Positions 10,581 through 19,685 are shown, counted from the first letter of the stretch. The stretch: 64,000 nt of DNA from Flavobacteriales bacterium (GCA_965657945.1 CBFHPW010000006.1:18702-82701); one strand, 5' to 3'. The notes: generated by a model from the letters alone, not told the origin. A program made the numbers and translations.

Positions 10581-11546
10581 TCACTCTTTTCTATTAAATA
10601 AATAATGGACTCCTAACTGAACTCTATTTCTTGTGTCAAGTTGAAGAGTTCCGTTCAACTTGTTTATGAGGGTATGTTGATACAGCAATTCGAGTTGAAT
10701 ATTATTCAGAAACAACTGTTTTCCAACTGTTCCGAATAACAAAGAACCTCCTGTATTTTCCTCATACATTCCATGCTCGATGTCAGTATTTCCATGCTCG
10801 ACATAAGAACCAATGTATGGCATCAATGTTACCTTCTTTATCTTTTTAGAATAAAATACATTTAAAGTAGTGTTCGCTGTATTGCCAAACATGTAATCTA
10901 CTTTCTTGTTGTATGTATTCAATTTATAATTGGAAGAAAACATAACTCCTCCATTTTTGTACTTTGCCGTGTAATCAAGAGCTAATAAAAAGTCTAACGT
11001 TCCTGTTCCGGCTTGTATATCGTGCTGAACCAAAGCACCTTTTTGCTTAAAATCAAATTTGCCTAAAGGAACCTTTATTCCTGCACCAATTGTTAATCGG
11101 TGATTCACTTCATTTCCCTCTATCTTATTGGTTCTAATCAAATTATATTTCGCCAAAACGAAAGGATCTCCCACTCCAGAAATAACAAATTGTCTTTGGT
11201 CATTGATTATTCTCTCATTCCTAATTACTGGCAATGAACCAATTATTCTCAGTCGATTGGAGAAATAATAAACTCCTCTAATTTCCATAACCGAATAGGT
11301 TTCCGAATGTTGCTGACTTTCCATCTCGGGTAATAAAATTACTCCGCTATGTCTGTTCCCGGTCACATTGGGTTGAGCCAAATAAGTCAAAGACGAAAAA
11401 GTCTTGGTAGCAAACCTATTTCGGTAAAGGAGTGATAGCCTATTTTTGGTGTCATCTGGAGTAAGGCTTACTGTCATGTTGCAGATATCGCAAGCCAAGC
11501 CATTGAATGCTAAAAAAAGCATCCAAACGCCAACTGTTTTTTTCAT
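10581..11546 (-). CDS. Hypothetical outer-membrane beta-barrel protein with an N-terminal CxxC
   Basis: A signal peptide ends at 'FNGLA', immediately followed by 'CDICNM'. The rest is beta-strand-like with alternating G/Y/N composition. No family name can be assigned by eye. Confidence 0.5.
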   Translation of the reverse strand: MKKTVGVWMLFLAFNGLACDICNMTVSLTPDDTKNRLSLLYRNRFATKTFSSLTYLAQPNVTGNRHSGVILLPEMESQQHSETYSVMEIRGVYYFSNRLRIIGSLPVIRNERIINDQRQFVISGVGDPFVLAKYNLIRTNKIEGNEVNHRLTIGAGIKVPLGKFDFKQKGALVQHDIQAGTGTLDFLLALDYTAKYKNGGVMFSSNYKLNTYNKKVDYMFGNTANTTLNVFYSKKIKKVTLMPYIGSYVEHGNTDIEHGMYEENTGGSLLFGTVGKQLFLNNIQLELLYQHTLINKLNGTLQLDTRNRVQLGVHYLFNRKE

Positions 11547-11573
11547 GTTGAATATTAGTTTTATCTTAATAAA

Positions 11574-12002
11574 TTAAAGCAATGGATTTTCGATTGCTAG
11601 ATTGAGGTATGAAGATAAAATGGGAGGGCGAAGCAATGGATTATAAAAACCATCTTTATTATTTTGGTTTAAAAGACCGAAAAATTGATTCAATTCTTTT
11701 CTATCTATGAATTGAATTTCCTCAATAGAGGTAAAAAATAAACCGGTAATGTGAGATTCAATAGTGAGTTCAAAATTTTCTTTTTGAGGTTTCGTAGCCT
11801 CCACCACTGCAAGAGATTTTTTTAATTGACATTTACCATTACAGGTTGACTCTTCAACGTCTTTATCTACACACAAAGTTGCTGCGATAATTCCTTGATT
11901 AATTTTGAAATGGGTAAATATAATAGAAGGCAAAAATACATTCAATAAAAAAACAGCACTGAAAGCCAGAGCTAGAATTTTATGTGCTATTGAGGTATTC
12001 AT
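11574..12002 (-). CDS. Hypothetical membrane-anchored protein with a C-x9-C-x3-C motif
   Basis: One N-terminal TM helix (ILALAFSAVFLLNVFLPSIIF) followed by 'CVDKDVEESTCNGKCQLKK'. The ATG lies 2 nt after the S8 peptidase stop. Confidence 0.5.
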   Translation of the reverse strand: MNTSIAHKILALAFSAVFLLNVFLPSIIFTHFKINQGIIAATLCVDKDVEESTCNGKCQLKKSLAVVEATKPQKENFELTIESHITGLFFTSIEEIQFIDRKELNQFFGLLNQNNKDGFYNPLLRPPILSSYLNLAIENPLL

Positions 12003-12004
12003 AA

Positions 12005-13681
12005 TTATTTACTTACTACAAATCTAATGGTTTTGGTGGGAGAAAAATATGACTTGAGACATAAAAAATAGATACCTTCCTCCATATTGGAACTTAATTG
12101 TTTATTCAACAATTGAGTTTCTTGTGACACAAGAAAACTTGTAGATTCCACAAGTCTTCCCTCCAAGCTAAATATCTCTAAGGTGTATGGACCTTTTTCA
12201 AATTCAGATAACTTTAAGTTTATTTCAGAAATCGCAGGATTTGGAAACAATTCTAATGTACTTCTCTTCTCTTTCAAAACAGGAATTGAAGTAAGCGAGC
12301 AAGCTCCAGAAGTTCTTATCTCGTAACCGGCTTTTCGCACATTCAATCGGTTTCCCGAAACTGTAATGCCTTGCAAAGTAAAAAGAGAGTCTCCAAAAGT
12401 TAGTAACGTATTTTTAATAATCAAAGCTATTGAGTCAGGTCGAAGTTTATATTCTGAGGCAAAATTGGAACATCCGATGGAATGCATTAGGGCTACTGCC
12501 CCCGCGACCTGAGGAGTAGACATCGAAGTTCCACTGCGATTTCCAAATGAGTTTCCAGGCAAAGTAGAATAAATGCTTGAACCAGGAGCTCCAAGATCGA
12601 TGTGAGTAGCTCCAAAACCTGCTGTAACTTTTGTATCATTTCTATTGGTATTCGTTACCGAAATTAAATAATCACTCGAACAAGTTGTTGGAATATCTCC
12701 GCTAACATCTACATTAATATTACTATTAGAAGTTGCACCGCAGCTTAGTATTCCATAGGCACCTAATGTATCATAAAAAGCACACCACAATGGGTAACTT
12801 GCAGCGTTGGCGTAATCTATACCAAAACTTGAATTTGTCGCGACCACAAATGCACCTTTAGCACCTGAAGTTTCGTCATATAGTTTGCGCATGCTCAAAA
12901 CGTAGTCATACGCCTTTAATACAACTGATTCCAGTGCTACACCACTTTGAACTGGCAATATTTTTACTCCCCAGTTTACCCCTACACCCCCTAATCCGTT
13001 GTTTGCTTTAGCTCCAGAAATACCAGAAACATGTGTGCCATGGGAATTAGATGAAATAGCCCCTGTATCTAGGTTAGCATTCCAACCCTGCACATCATCC
13101 ACATAGCCATTCCCGTCATCATCTATTTGGTTATTAGGTATCTCCTGATGATTTTTAAAAAAATTAATGTCGTTATGATTCAGAAAAAAACCATCGTCAA
13201 TTACTGCAACAACTAATGTATCTCCAAGTGCGGAAAGATTACTATGCGAGATTCCCCAGGCAGATATTGAAGACATATCTGCACCGACTTGACCGCCAAA
13301 CTGACCTATATTCTTGTGATGCCATTGATTTCCAAAACCAGGATCTGTAGGTGTTGTATCTCCACGTAAAGTCACATTGTTGTGATTAGGTTGAGCTAAC
13401 ACTACAGTTGGGCTGTTAGTTACTATTCCCATCAATTCTAAAACTTCTTTGGAAGAAGAGGACAAAAGCCAAATATTTAAGTTTTGAGAGATTGACTCTT
13501 TAATTTGGACATTAATTAAAGGGTAATTTTGATTTAACTCTTCGACAAGATGAGAGATTTTTGAATCGGCATTCAACATGACTAATAATTCTCCTTGCTC
13601 AAAATTAGATTCTTGAGAATATCCTACAAAAGAGATATTTAGGATAAGAAAGGTTAATATTTTGGTCAAATAATTCATCAT
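12005..13681 (-). CDS. S8 family subtilisin-like serine peptidase with a T9SS C-terminal sorting domain
   Basis: Catalytic triad blocks 'VAVIDDGF' (Asp), 'HGTHVSGISGA' (His) and 'SGTSMSTPQVAGAVAL' (Ser). Signal peptide present. C-terminal 'LELFPNPAISEINLKL...IRFVVSK' resembles a T9SS type A CTD. Confidence 0.85.
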   Translation of the reverse strand: MMNYLTKILTFLILNISFVGYSQESNFEQGELLVMLNADSKISHLVEELNQNYPLINVQIKESISQNLNIWLLSSSSKEVLELMGIVTNSPTVVLAQPNHNNVTLRGDTTPTDPGFGNQWHHKNIGQFGGQVGADMSSISAWGISHSNLSALGDTLVVAVIDDGFFLNHNDINFFKNHQEIPNNQIDDDGNGYVDDVQGWNANLDTGAISSNSHGTHVSGISGAKANNGLGGVGVNWGVKILPVQSGVALESVVLKAYDYVLSMRKLYDETSGAKGAFVVATNSSFGIDYANAASYPLWCAFYDTLGAYGILSCGATSNSNINVDVSGDIPTTCSSDYLISVTNTNRNDTKVTAGFGATHIDLGAPGSSIYSTLPGNSFGNRSGTSMSTPQVAGAVALMHSIGCSNFASEYKLRPDSIALIIKNTLLTFGDSLFTLQGITVSGNRLNVRKAGYEIRTSGACSLTSIPVLKEKRSTLELFPNPAISEINLKLSEFEKGPYTLEIFSLEGRLVESTSFLVSQETQLLNKQLSSNMEEGIYFLCLKSYFSPTKTIRFVVSK

Positions 13682-14217
13682 AGTTCGTAATCGTCTATAT
13701 TTTCGAAGCTTCCAAACTCATCTTCAATGTTTCCGTACAAATCATCTTCGTCTTCCTCCATCATAAAATCCAAATCGTCCACCATTTCTATTTGCTTAGA
13801 TTCTTCTGCTGGAGCCTCTCCATAAACCAATTCTGTTAGTGGATAAACCTTGCCGGAGTCAAGGGAGTTAATCTCGACTAATTCAACAAAAAAGCACCAC
13901 ATTGACAAAAAATCATACACATAAAGAAGCTTTTGATTCAATTCGTCCACTTTCTCGTGAATTTGGGTTGATTCCATTTCTACAAAGTCATCACTTTCCC
14001 CCGTCATATCCATCAAACCAATCTCCTGACCTTTGTCCCAATCTTCGTTACTCAGGTAAAAAGAAGCTACTTGATCTCCATTAAAATCAAATGCATTATT
14101 AATCCCTTCATGCAATTTATCAAAAGTAAAAGAGCTATCTATCACGATGTCTCTGAATGCATTTTCCTCTTCTAAGGTATCAATTAAAACTCTGAATTTG
14201 TATTCTTTCATTATCAA
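13678..14217 (-). CDS. pRiA4b ORF-3-like (PF07929-like) protein with a highly acidic C-terminal tail
   Basis: The N-terminal 'YKFRVLIDTLEEENAFRDIVIDSSFTFDKLHEGINNAFDF' fits the family pattern as I recall it. Its TGA stop overlaps the ATG of the S8 peptidase gene (ATGA). Confidence 0.5.
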   Translation of the reverse strand: MIMKEYKFRVLIDTLEEENAFRDIVIDSSFTFDKLHEGINNAFDFNGDQVASFYLSNEDWDKGQEIGLMDMTGESDDFVEMESTQIHEKVDELNQKLLYVYDFLSMWCFFVELVEINSLDSGKVYPLTELVYGEAPAEESKQIEMVDDLDFMMEEDEDDLYGNIEDEFGSFENIDDYEL

Positions 14218-14262
14218 GATTCTTGAATTATATACGTATCTAATTTAAAATATAACAAAAAT

Positions 14263-15210
14263 TTAGAGAGAAATAACTGAGGCTACATTCTCAATAATCT
14301 CCATGGTAACTTCCGCCATTTTATTCTTTTTCTCGTCTAAAGTCGGGTTCACTTCAACAGTTTCAAACGCAACTAACTTAGGACTAGCACACAAAGTCTG
14401 TAACAGCTGAGTTACATCTTCCACTTTTATTCCATTTGGGACGGGAGTTCCCGTTCCGTGAGAGGTTTCAATTGGATCCATGCTATCCACATCAAAAGAT
14501 ACGTACAACATATCACAACCAGATAAGCTATCTAAAATTTCTTCCCCAACTTTTTTTCCTCCTTTGTCCTTTATCTCTGCCACTTCGTAGTTTTTAATCC
14601 CTTCATTCTTTATCAAGAAGTCTTCAGGATCTTCGGTATCTCTTACACCTACAAAAATCAAATCGTCAGTCCTTAAGGCCTTGCCAGACATATTTTTGAT
14701 TTTTTCCCAATATTGGGAAGCTTTTGGAGAAATCTCTCTTACTCTACACTCTTTGTTATCAATCTTACAGGCCATTGCAAGTGGCATTCCGTGCACATTT
14801 CCTGTTGGTGAGGTGTACGGTGAATGTAAATCTCCATGGGCATCAACCCATACTACACCCAATCTTTTGGTCGGGTGAGCTTGCTGAATACCCGCAATTG
14901 TTGCAGCAGCTGTGGAGTGATCACCTGCCAATACAAAAGGGAACTTTTCCTGCTCTATCGCAGATTTAATTTGGTTTACAATAAGTTCAAACTGCTTTAC
15001 GATGTACTCTATTCTAATGGCTCCTGGAGTATCACTCGCAGAAAATATATGTTCATTAAAATTAGGTACCGCTTGAGATTTATACGTAGTAAAAAATTGA
15101 GAGTTTTGGTTGTAAGCGGCTGTTTTCAATGCGCCTACCCCCAAACTGGCACCTCTTGTTCCTGCTCCAAGTTCAGAGGTAACCTCTATTACTGTGATAT
15201 TCTTTTTCAT
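14263..15210 (-). CDS. Arginase/agmatinase/formimidoylglutamase-family ureohydrolase
   Basis: Mn-binding blocks 'LAGDHSTAA', 'VWVDAHGDLH' and 'SFDVDSMDP'. Substrate specificity (possibly HutG-like) cannot be decided from the sequence alone. Confidence 0.75.
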   Translation of the reverse strand: MKKNITVIEVTSELGAGTRGASLGVGALKTAAYNQNSQFFTTYKSQAVPNFNEHIFSASDTPGAIRIEYIVKQFELIVNQIKSAIEQEKFPFVLAGDHSTAAATIAGIQQAHPTKRLGVVWVDAHGDLHSPYTSPTGNVHGMPLAMACKIDNKECRVREISPKASQYWEKIKNMSGKALRTDDLIFVGVRDTEDPEDFLIKNEGIKNYEVAEIKDKGGKKVGEEILDSLSGCDMLYVSFDVDSMDPIETSHGTGTPVPNGIKVEDVTQLLQTLCASPKLVAFETVEVNPTLDEKKNKMAEVTMEIIENVASVISL

Positions 15211-15554
15211 TATTTGTTGTTTAGGAACCCTATTATAGCGAGTGATATAAGAGTAAAAGTTAAAATCAATAAAATCATTTTTATTGTCGGATGACTAAAA
15301 AAAGGCTTTCTAAATTTTGCCCAAGTTTCAATGTAAAGTTCCATGCTTTTGGTCCGGTTACTTTGCAGTATCGCAAAATGATAGAGCTTTTTATTTTGCC
15401 TATTCACATCTGTATCCGTTTCGTATTTGATGGACGATTCTTGAAGTTTTTCTTCAAAATAGTCCGACATATCTTTTCTTCTCAAAGTATAAATGAGGTA
15501 ATTAGGATCGGTGGGATGCTCGTAATAGTGATAGCTTGGAAAAATATGATACAT
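15210..15554 (-). CDS. Hypothetical protein with a C-terminal TM anchor
   Basis: 114-aa ATG ORF with a C-terminal hydrophobic helix 'MILLILTFTLISLAIIGFL'. Its TAA overlaps the ATG of the next gene by 1 nt (TAATG), and its start is 3 nt after the nitroreductase stop. Confidence 0.5.
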   Translation of the reverse strand: MYHIFPSYHYYEHPTDPNYLIYTLRRKDMSDYFEEKLQESSIKYETDTDVNRQNKKLYHFAILQSNRTKSMELYIETWAKFRKPFFSHPTIKMILLILTFTLISLAIIGFLNNK

Positions 15555-15557
15555 AGC

Positions 15558-16139
15558 TTATTTCCATTGGGTTAAATATTCAATTGGCTTTCTTTGCCCT
15601 TTTGGCCAATCAATGGCTGGATAACCCATATAAAACAGTCCCAAGCACTTTTCTCCGTCTTTTAAATCTAGAAAATCATTCATCTCTTGGGTATACATTA
15701 ATTTTGGAGTAGACCAAAACCCTCCAATTCCGTAGGCAGTGCAGGTAAGGTACATATTTTGAATGGCGCAAGCCACAGCCTCTACTTCCTCCAATTCACT
15801 TATTCTGTTGTTTGGATCGGGAGTCATTGTCACCGCAATTACAACAGGAGATTGAAGAGGACGATTCTTAAGTTTGTTAAATTTGACCTCATTGAATAAA
15901 TCCCCTTTAAATTGTTCAGAATACAAATTGGATAAGAATGAAGACAATTCAGTTCTAGAGTCATTCATAAAAACTTGAAATCTCCAAGGTTGAGTTTTTC
16001 CATGTGTAGGAGCCCAAATTGCATTGTTTAATACGTCTTCAATAATTTCTTTGTGAATTTTTCTTTCCGTGTACTGTTCTGGATAGATAGTTCTTCTATT
16101 CTTTATTACCTCGGTAATTTCGCTCAAGTTGTACTTCAC
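15558..16139 (-). CDS. Nitroreductase family protein
   Basis: GTG start. 'RRTIYPEQY' and 'NAIWAPTHGKTQPWRF' are typical of the NADH/FMN nitroreductase fold. Confidence 0.75.
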   Translation of the reverse strand: MKYNLSEITEVIKNRRTIYPEQYTERKIHKEIIEDVLNNAIWAPTHGKTQPWRFQVFMNDSRTELSSFLSNLYSEQFKGDLFNEVKFNKLKNRPLQSPVVIAVTMTPDPNNRISELEEVEAVACAIQNMYLTCTAYGIGGFWSTPKLMYTQEMNDFLDLKDGEKCLGLFYMGYPAIDWPKGQRKPIEYLTQWK

Positions 16140-16215
16140 TGTTCTTGTTTCTTAGATTATAGAGTAAAATTAAGTAATCGAGAAGGATTTGTCAAAAGGA
16201 AATGGAACTATTCCT

Positions 16216-17055
16216 TTAGTTCCACAATATGCGAAGGTATGTCCCGAAGCTAGGGACAAATTTTTTGGCGTTTTCTATATTCTCGACCAAATAAAGTGAG
16301 CCTTCAGTGAGCCTTTCGATATATTGACTATTCTTGGTCAGTCTACCCTCCAAACCAAAAGCAATCGTAAATTTTTCATTCAATAAAAGCGTAACACCGT
16401 TGTCTAGAAACATGCCATAACCAAAACCATCTACACGCTGAACAGTCAAGCCAGCATTCTGTAGTCTCGTAATATCATAGTTATCGGAACGAATTACCAA
16501 TTCCTGGTTTTCTAACTGGATGTAATTAAAACCGATTCCTGGTGCTACAAAATAATTCAGTTTGGGCTGAATTTCTATGTTTTTTTGAATTCCTAGTTTA
16601 TATCCAAATCTTCTTTCTCTCGCATTTACTCGAGCTTGTTCAAATTCTCCTGTAAAGTTTCTAGGATTGTCCAATTCAATGACCAATGGTGTAGAAAAAC
16701 GAATCATAGCAAGATCAAACTTCATGATAAAGGACCAAGTGGAGTTGACATCAAAACCGAGATAAACACCAGAAAAAAAAGAGGCAGGATATTCATTGTT
16801 CCCTGCATATTCCCATCCATTTATTGGGTAACCAAACTGATCCTGTAGTTTTTGACGAGTTTGAGGATTTGCAAGAATTCTTGAAACACCAAAAGGATGA
16901 GATCCATCTAAAAATTGAGCAGATTGGTTATTTGGGAAGTCAATTCCTAAATCAATTCCAAATCTAAATTTCTTGATTTTGGATTCTTGTTGACTAAAAA
17001 AAGTAAAATAACTTCCAGTAAATACAATTAATAGTTTGATTTTTATTCCCTTCAT
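16216..17055 (-). CDS. Hypothetical secreted / outer-membrane protein
   Basis: Signal peptide (MKGIKIKLLIVFTGSYFTFFSQ) and beta-rich composition. No recognisable catalytic motif. Confidence 0.5.
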   Translation of the reverse strand: MKGIKIKLLIVFTGSYFTFFSQQESKIKKFRFGIDLGIDFPNNQSAQFLDGSHPFGVSRILANPQTRQKLQDQFGYPINGWEYAGNNEYPASFFSGVYLGFDVNSTWSFIMKFDLAMIRFSTPLVIELDNPRNFTGEFEQARVNARERRFGYKLGIQKNIEIQPKLNYFVAPGIGFNYIQLENQELVIRSDNYDITRLQNAGLTVQRVDGFGYGMFLDNGVTLLLNEKFTIAFGLEGRLTKNSQYIERLTEGSLYLVENIENAKKFVPSFGTYLRILWN

Positions 17056-17134
17056 TGATTTCGAAAGTACAAAATCTATTGCTTTGAAACACGCTTTTTT
17101 TTATTAAGTTTGTTCCGTAACCGAATACTTTTTT

Positions 17135-17779
17135 ATGAAAAAACTGTTTCCCATTCTTGTGTTGGCGATGTCGTTAATAAGCTGTGCAACAATTTTAAGG
17201 AAGGATACTTTGCAAGAAGTGAACTTCCATACAAATCCGCCAAATGCCAGTATTTTTGTAGATGGTGAAAAAGTGGGGACTTCACCCATGACTTATTCGC
17301 TTGAAACAAGGAAAGAACACTCCATAGAATACCAACTCAAAGGATACCCAACTACTGTTTATTACTTGAAAGGGGAAGTTTTGCCAGAATATGTTGTTGG
17401 AGATATTATTATTGGCGGAGGTGTTTTAGGTTGGATACCAGTTTTGGTGGATAATCATACAAATAAATGGCGTGGGTTTGACCAATTCATAATTGATCAA
17501 AATGCCAGTTTTGGTGAAAAATTACCAATCCAAGATAAAGATGGAGATGGAATTGCTAATGACAAAGATGACTGTCCAACTGTGAAAGGGATTGCTGCCT
17601 TTAACGGCTGTCCAGATTCTGACGGAGATGGAATAAAAGACAGTGAAGATGTTTGTCCATCTACACCTGGTTTGGCGAAGTACAAAGGTTGTGCAGATAC
17701 AGATGGGGATGGTGTTCCAGATAATTTCGATAAGTGCCCGAACGAAGCAGGAATGATAGAAGGATGTCCAAAGAAATGA
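17135..17779 (+). CDS. Lipoprotein with a PEGA-like domain and three thrombospondin type-3 Ca-binding repeats
   Basis: Lipobox 'LISCAT', PEGA-like '[23 protein letters not shown]', and repeats '[15 protein letters not shown]', '[15 protein letters not shown]', '[15 protein letters not shown]'. No OmpA C-terminal domain. Confidence 0.65.
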   Translation: MKKLFPILVLAMSLISCATILRKDTLQEVNFHTNPPNASIFVDGEKVGTSPMTYSLETRKEHSIEYQLKGYPTTVYYLKGEVLPEYVVGDIIIGGGVLGWIPVLVDNHTNKWRGFDQFIIDQNASFGEKLPIQDKDGDGIANDKDDCPTVKGIAAFNGCPDSDGDGIKDSEDVCPSTPGLAKYKGCADTDGDGVPDNFDKCPNEAGMIEGCPKK

Positions 17780-17808
17780 ATTAAAAAAAAGTAAAATTGA
17801 GTTGAAAT

Positions 17809-18654
17809 TTACTCAATGACTAAACGGTAACCTATTCCCCTCACATTTAAAATCTTTATTTTCTCGTCACATTCCAATTTCTTTCTTAGTTTGGAAATAT
17901 ACACATCCAAAGTACGTCCGATATAACTTCCTTCATCAGACCAAATTGCATTAAGTAATAGTTCGCGTTCTAGTGTTTCGTTTAAATGCAAAAATAGCAT
18001 CTTCAAAAGTTCATATTCTTTATTCGATAAAGTTCTTTCTTTCCCTTTGTACAAAAGTGTCATTCTTGCCTTATTCAGCTTATAATTCCCAATTTTTAAG
18101 TATTGATTATTTTTGTTACTACGATATATTACTACAAGCAGAATACCCAATCCAACCAAAAATATCGAAACCAAAAACTGGAAAATCAGAGGGTTTTCTT
18201 TTGTTAATTTGCTGATACTAGAAAGCGAAATTGGAGTAAAATGGAATTCATAACATGATACAGGTAGAGCTCGTAATTTGCAGGGAAACTCCTCATCTAA
18301 CTGAGACAAATCTGCCATATAACTATACACCACATCGTTCTGATTGCATTCCTTTACTTCAATTAAATACCCGCCATCAACTTCGTACCTTTCGAGGGTT
18401 TTAATAGCACAAAAAGCAAGTAAATCTGGTTCAAAAGAAAATAATCTATCAAAAGAAACTTCATAGCTATTTCCTGAATGATGAATAGGTAAAACGCGTG
18501 AATTGCTATCGCCTAGTTGCAACAAAAACTCATTTCCCACAGCTCTTAGAAATAACTGATGTTGCTGATCTACAGATTGAGATGAACAGTTAACTATCAT
18601 GAATATAGCTGTAAATAACCAGAGGCAAAGATGCTTAGAGACAATAGTTTTCAT
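17809..18654 (-). CDS. Membrane-anchored transcriptional regulator with a C-terminal OmpR/PhoB-type winged-helix DNA-binding domain
   Basis: N-terminal signal/lipobox-like segment ('MIVNCSSQ'), a roughly 130-aa extracytoplasmic domain, and a TM helix 'LVSIFLVGLGILLVVIY'. These are followed by 'LSNKEYELLKMLF...RTLDVYISKLRKKL...NVRGIGYRLV' (Trans_reg_C-like). There is no receiver domain. Confidence 0.7.
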   Translation of the reverse strand: MKTIVSKHLCLWLFTAIFMIVNCSSQSVDQQHQLFLRAVGNEFLLQLGDSNSRVLPIHHSGNSYEVSFDRLFSFEPDLLAFCAIKTLERYEVDGGYLIEVKECNQNDVVYSYMADLSQLDEEFPCKLRALPVSCYEFHFTPISLSSISKLTKENPLIFQFLVSIFLVGLGILLVVIYRSNKNNQYLKIGNYKLNKARMTLLYKGKERTLSNKEYELLKMLFLHLNETLERELLLNAIWSDEGSYIGRTLDVYISKLRKKLECDEKIKILNVRGIGYRLVIE

Positions 18655-18703
18655 AGTTCAAAGCTATTAGTTTAAGTAATATAATAAAACCAAGTTTATT
18701 CAA

Positions 18704-18731
18704 TTTACGGGTTATTTTACATTATTTTACA
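18704..18731. promoter_or_regulatory. Tandem direct repeats (candidate operator) in the divergent promoter region
   Basis: Perfect tandem 10-mers TTATTTTACA at 18712-18721 and 18722-18731, plus a third TTTAC core at 18704-18708. They lie 58-77 nt from the regulator ATG and 61-80 nt from the ATG at 18792. Confidence 0.35.
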
Positions 18732-18791
18732 GTCTTTTAAGCTATATTTTGGTTCTAAGTGTTAGATTCATTTCAAATCAACTCTATCCTT

Positions 18792-19685
18792 ATGAAAAAC
18801 AAAAAACAAATACTGCTATTTTTTTTATTGGTTTCTTCGATTTTCACTTGCGCTCAGTCAGAACAAACAGCTCAAGAAAAGAAAGAAAAAGTTATCCAAT
18901 TAAAACCCCATAAATATGGTGGATGGTACTGTCCTGACAACCTCACTGGTTTTCCTGCCGTTGATTTTAATAAATGGAACAAAGTCCCCGTAATAGCAAA
19001 TAGACTTCCTACAAAAAAAGAAGTTGAAACGGAGGCCTCTCTTATTTATATAGATGCTAAGGAATATCCAACTGCTCAAGCAATTGAAATAAAGCTGCCA
19101 CAGCTAGCCACTTTTTACAATATCAATACACGAAGAAATGAATTGGTTATAGTGATCCAAGCGATTTCAATTGGAAATGACTCAATTGTTGGTTTTAGAT
19201 ACTTAAATGGAGGAAATGGCAGTGCAAGAATAGAGGAGGTAAAGTTCCTTGAAAACGTTCAAACTAGTGGTTTGGTAAATAGTAAATTTGTGTCCTTAGA
19301 TATGACAATTAGAGCAAGTGAAGATAAAATCTGGAAGGTGTTAACGGACACTTCCTATATTCAAATATTATCTCCTATTTTCGATAAAAATAAAACTCTA
19401 AAAAAGAAGTGGAGAAGCCAAACGAACATGAATTACGCTTACTCGTATAGTGGTATTAAAAAAGCACAGTTTGGAGGTAAACACTTTGGTAGTTTTTATA
19501 TTCAAAACGATTATGAAACTTTAAATTATTCTGAAAAGATTTTCATCTCGCAGAATAACCTAGCCGAATTTTCCAAAGTTCAATTAGTTTTCGGTCCATT
19601 CCTTAAGGATTTCGATAAACAAGAAATCATGTTAACTCAATGGTTAGCAAGAGTAAAATTACTAAGCGAAGTTCAAACAGATTAA
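18792..19685 (+). CDS. Hypothetical secreted protein
   Basis: The ORF-track start at 18759 is GTG. The in-frame ATG at 18792 gives a clean signal peptide 'MKNKKQILLFFLLVSSIFTCAQS'. No recognisable domain. Confidence 0.55.
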   Translation: MKNKKQILLFFLLVSSIFTCAQSEQTAQEKKEKVIQLKPHKYGGWYCPDNLTGFPAVDFNKWNKVPVIANRLPTKKEVETEASLIYIDAKEYPTAQAIEIKLPQLATFYNINTRRNELVIVIQAISIGNDSIVGFRYLNGGNGSARIEEVKFLENVQTSGLVNSKFVSLDMTIRASEDKIWKVLTDTSYIQILSPIFDKNKTLKKKWRSQTNMNYAYSYSGIKKAQFGGKHFGSFYIQNDYETLNYSEKIFISQNNLAEFSKVQLVFGPFLKDFDKQEIMLTQWLARVKLLSEVQTD

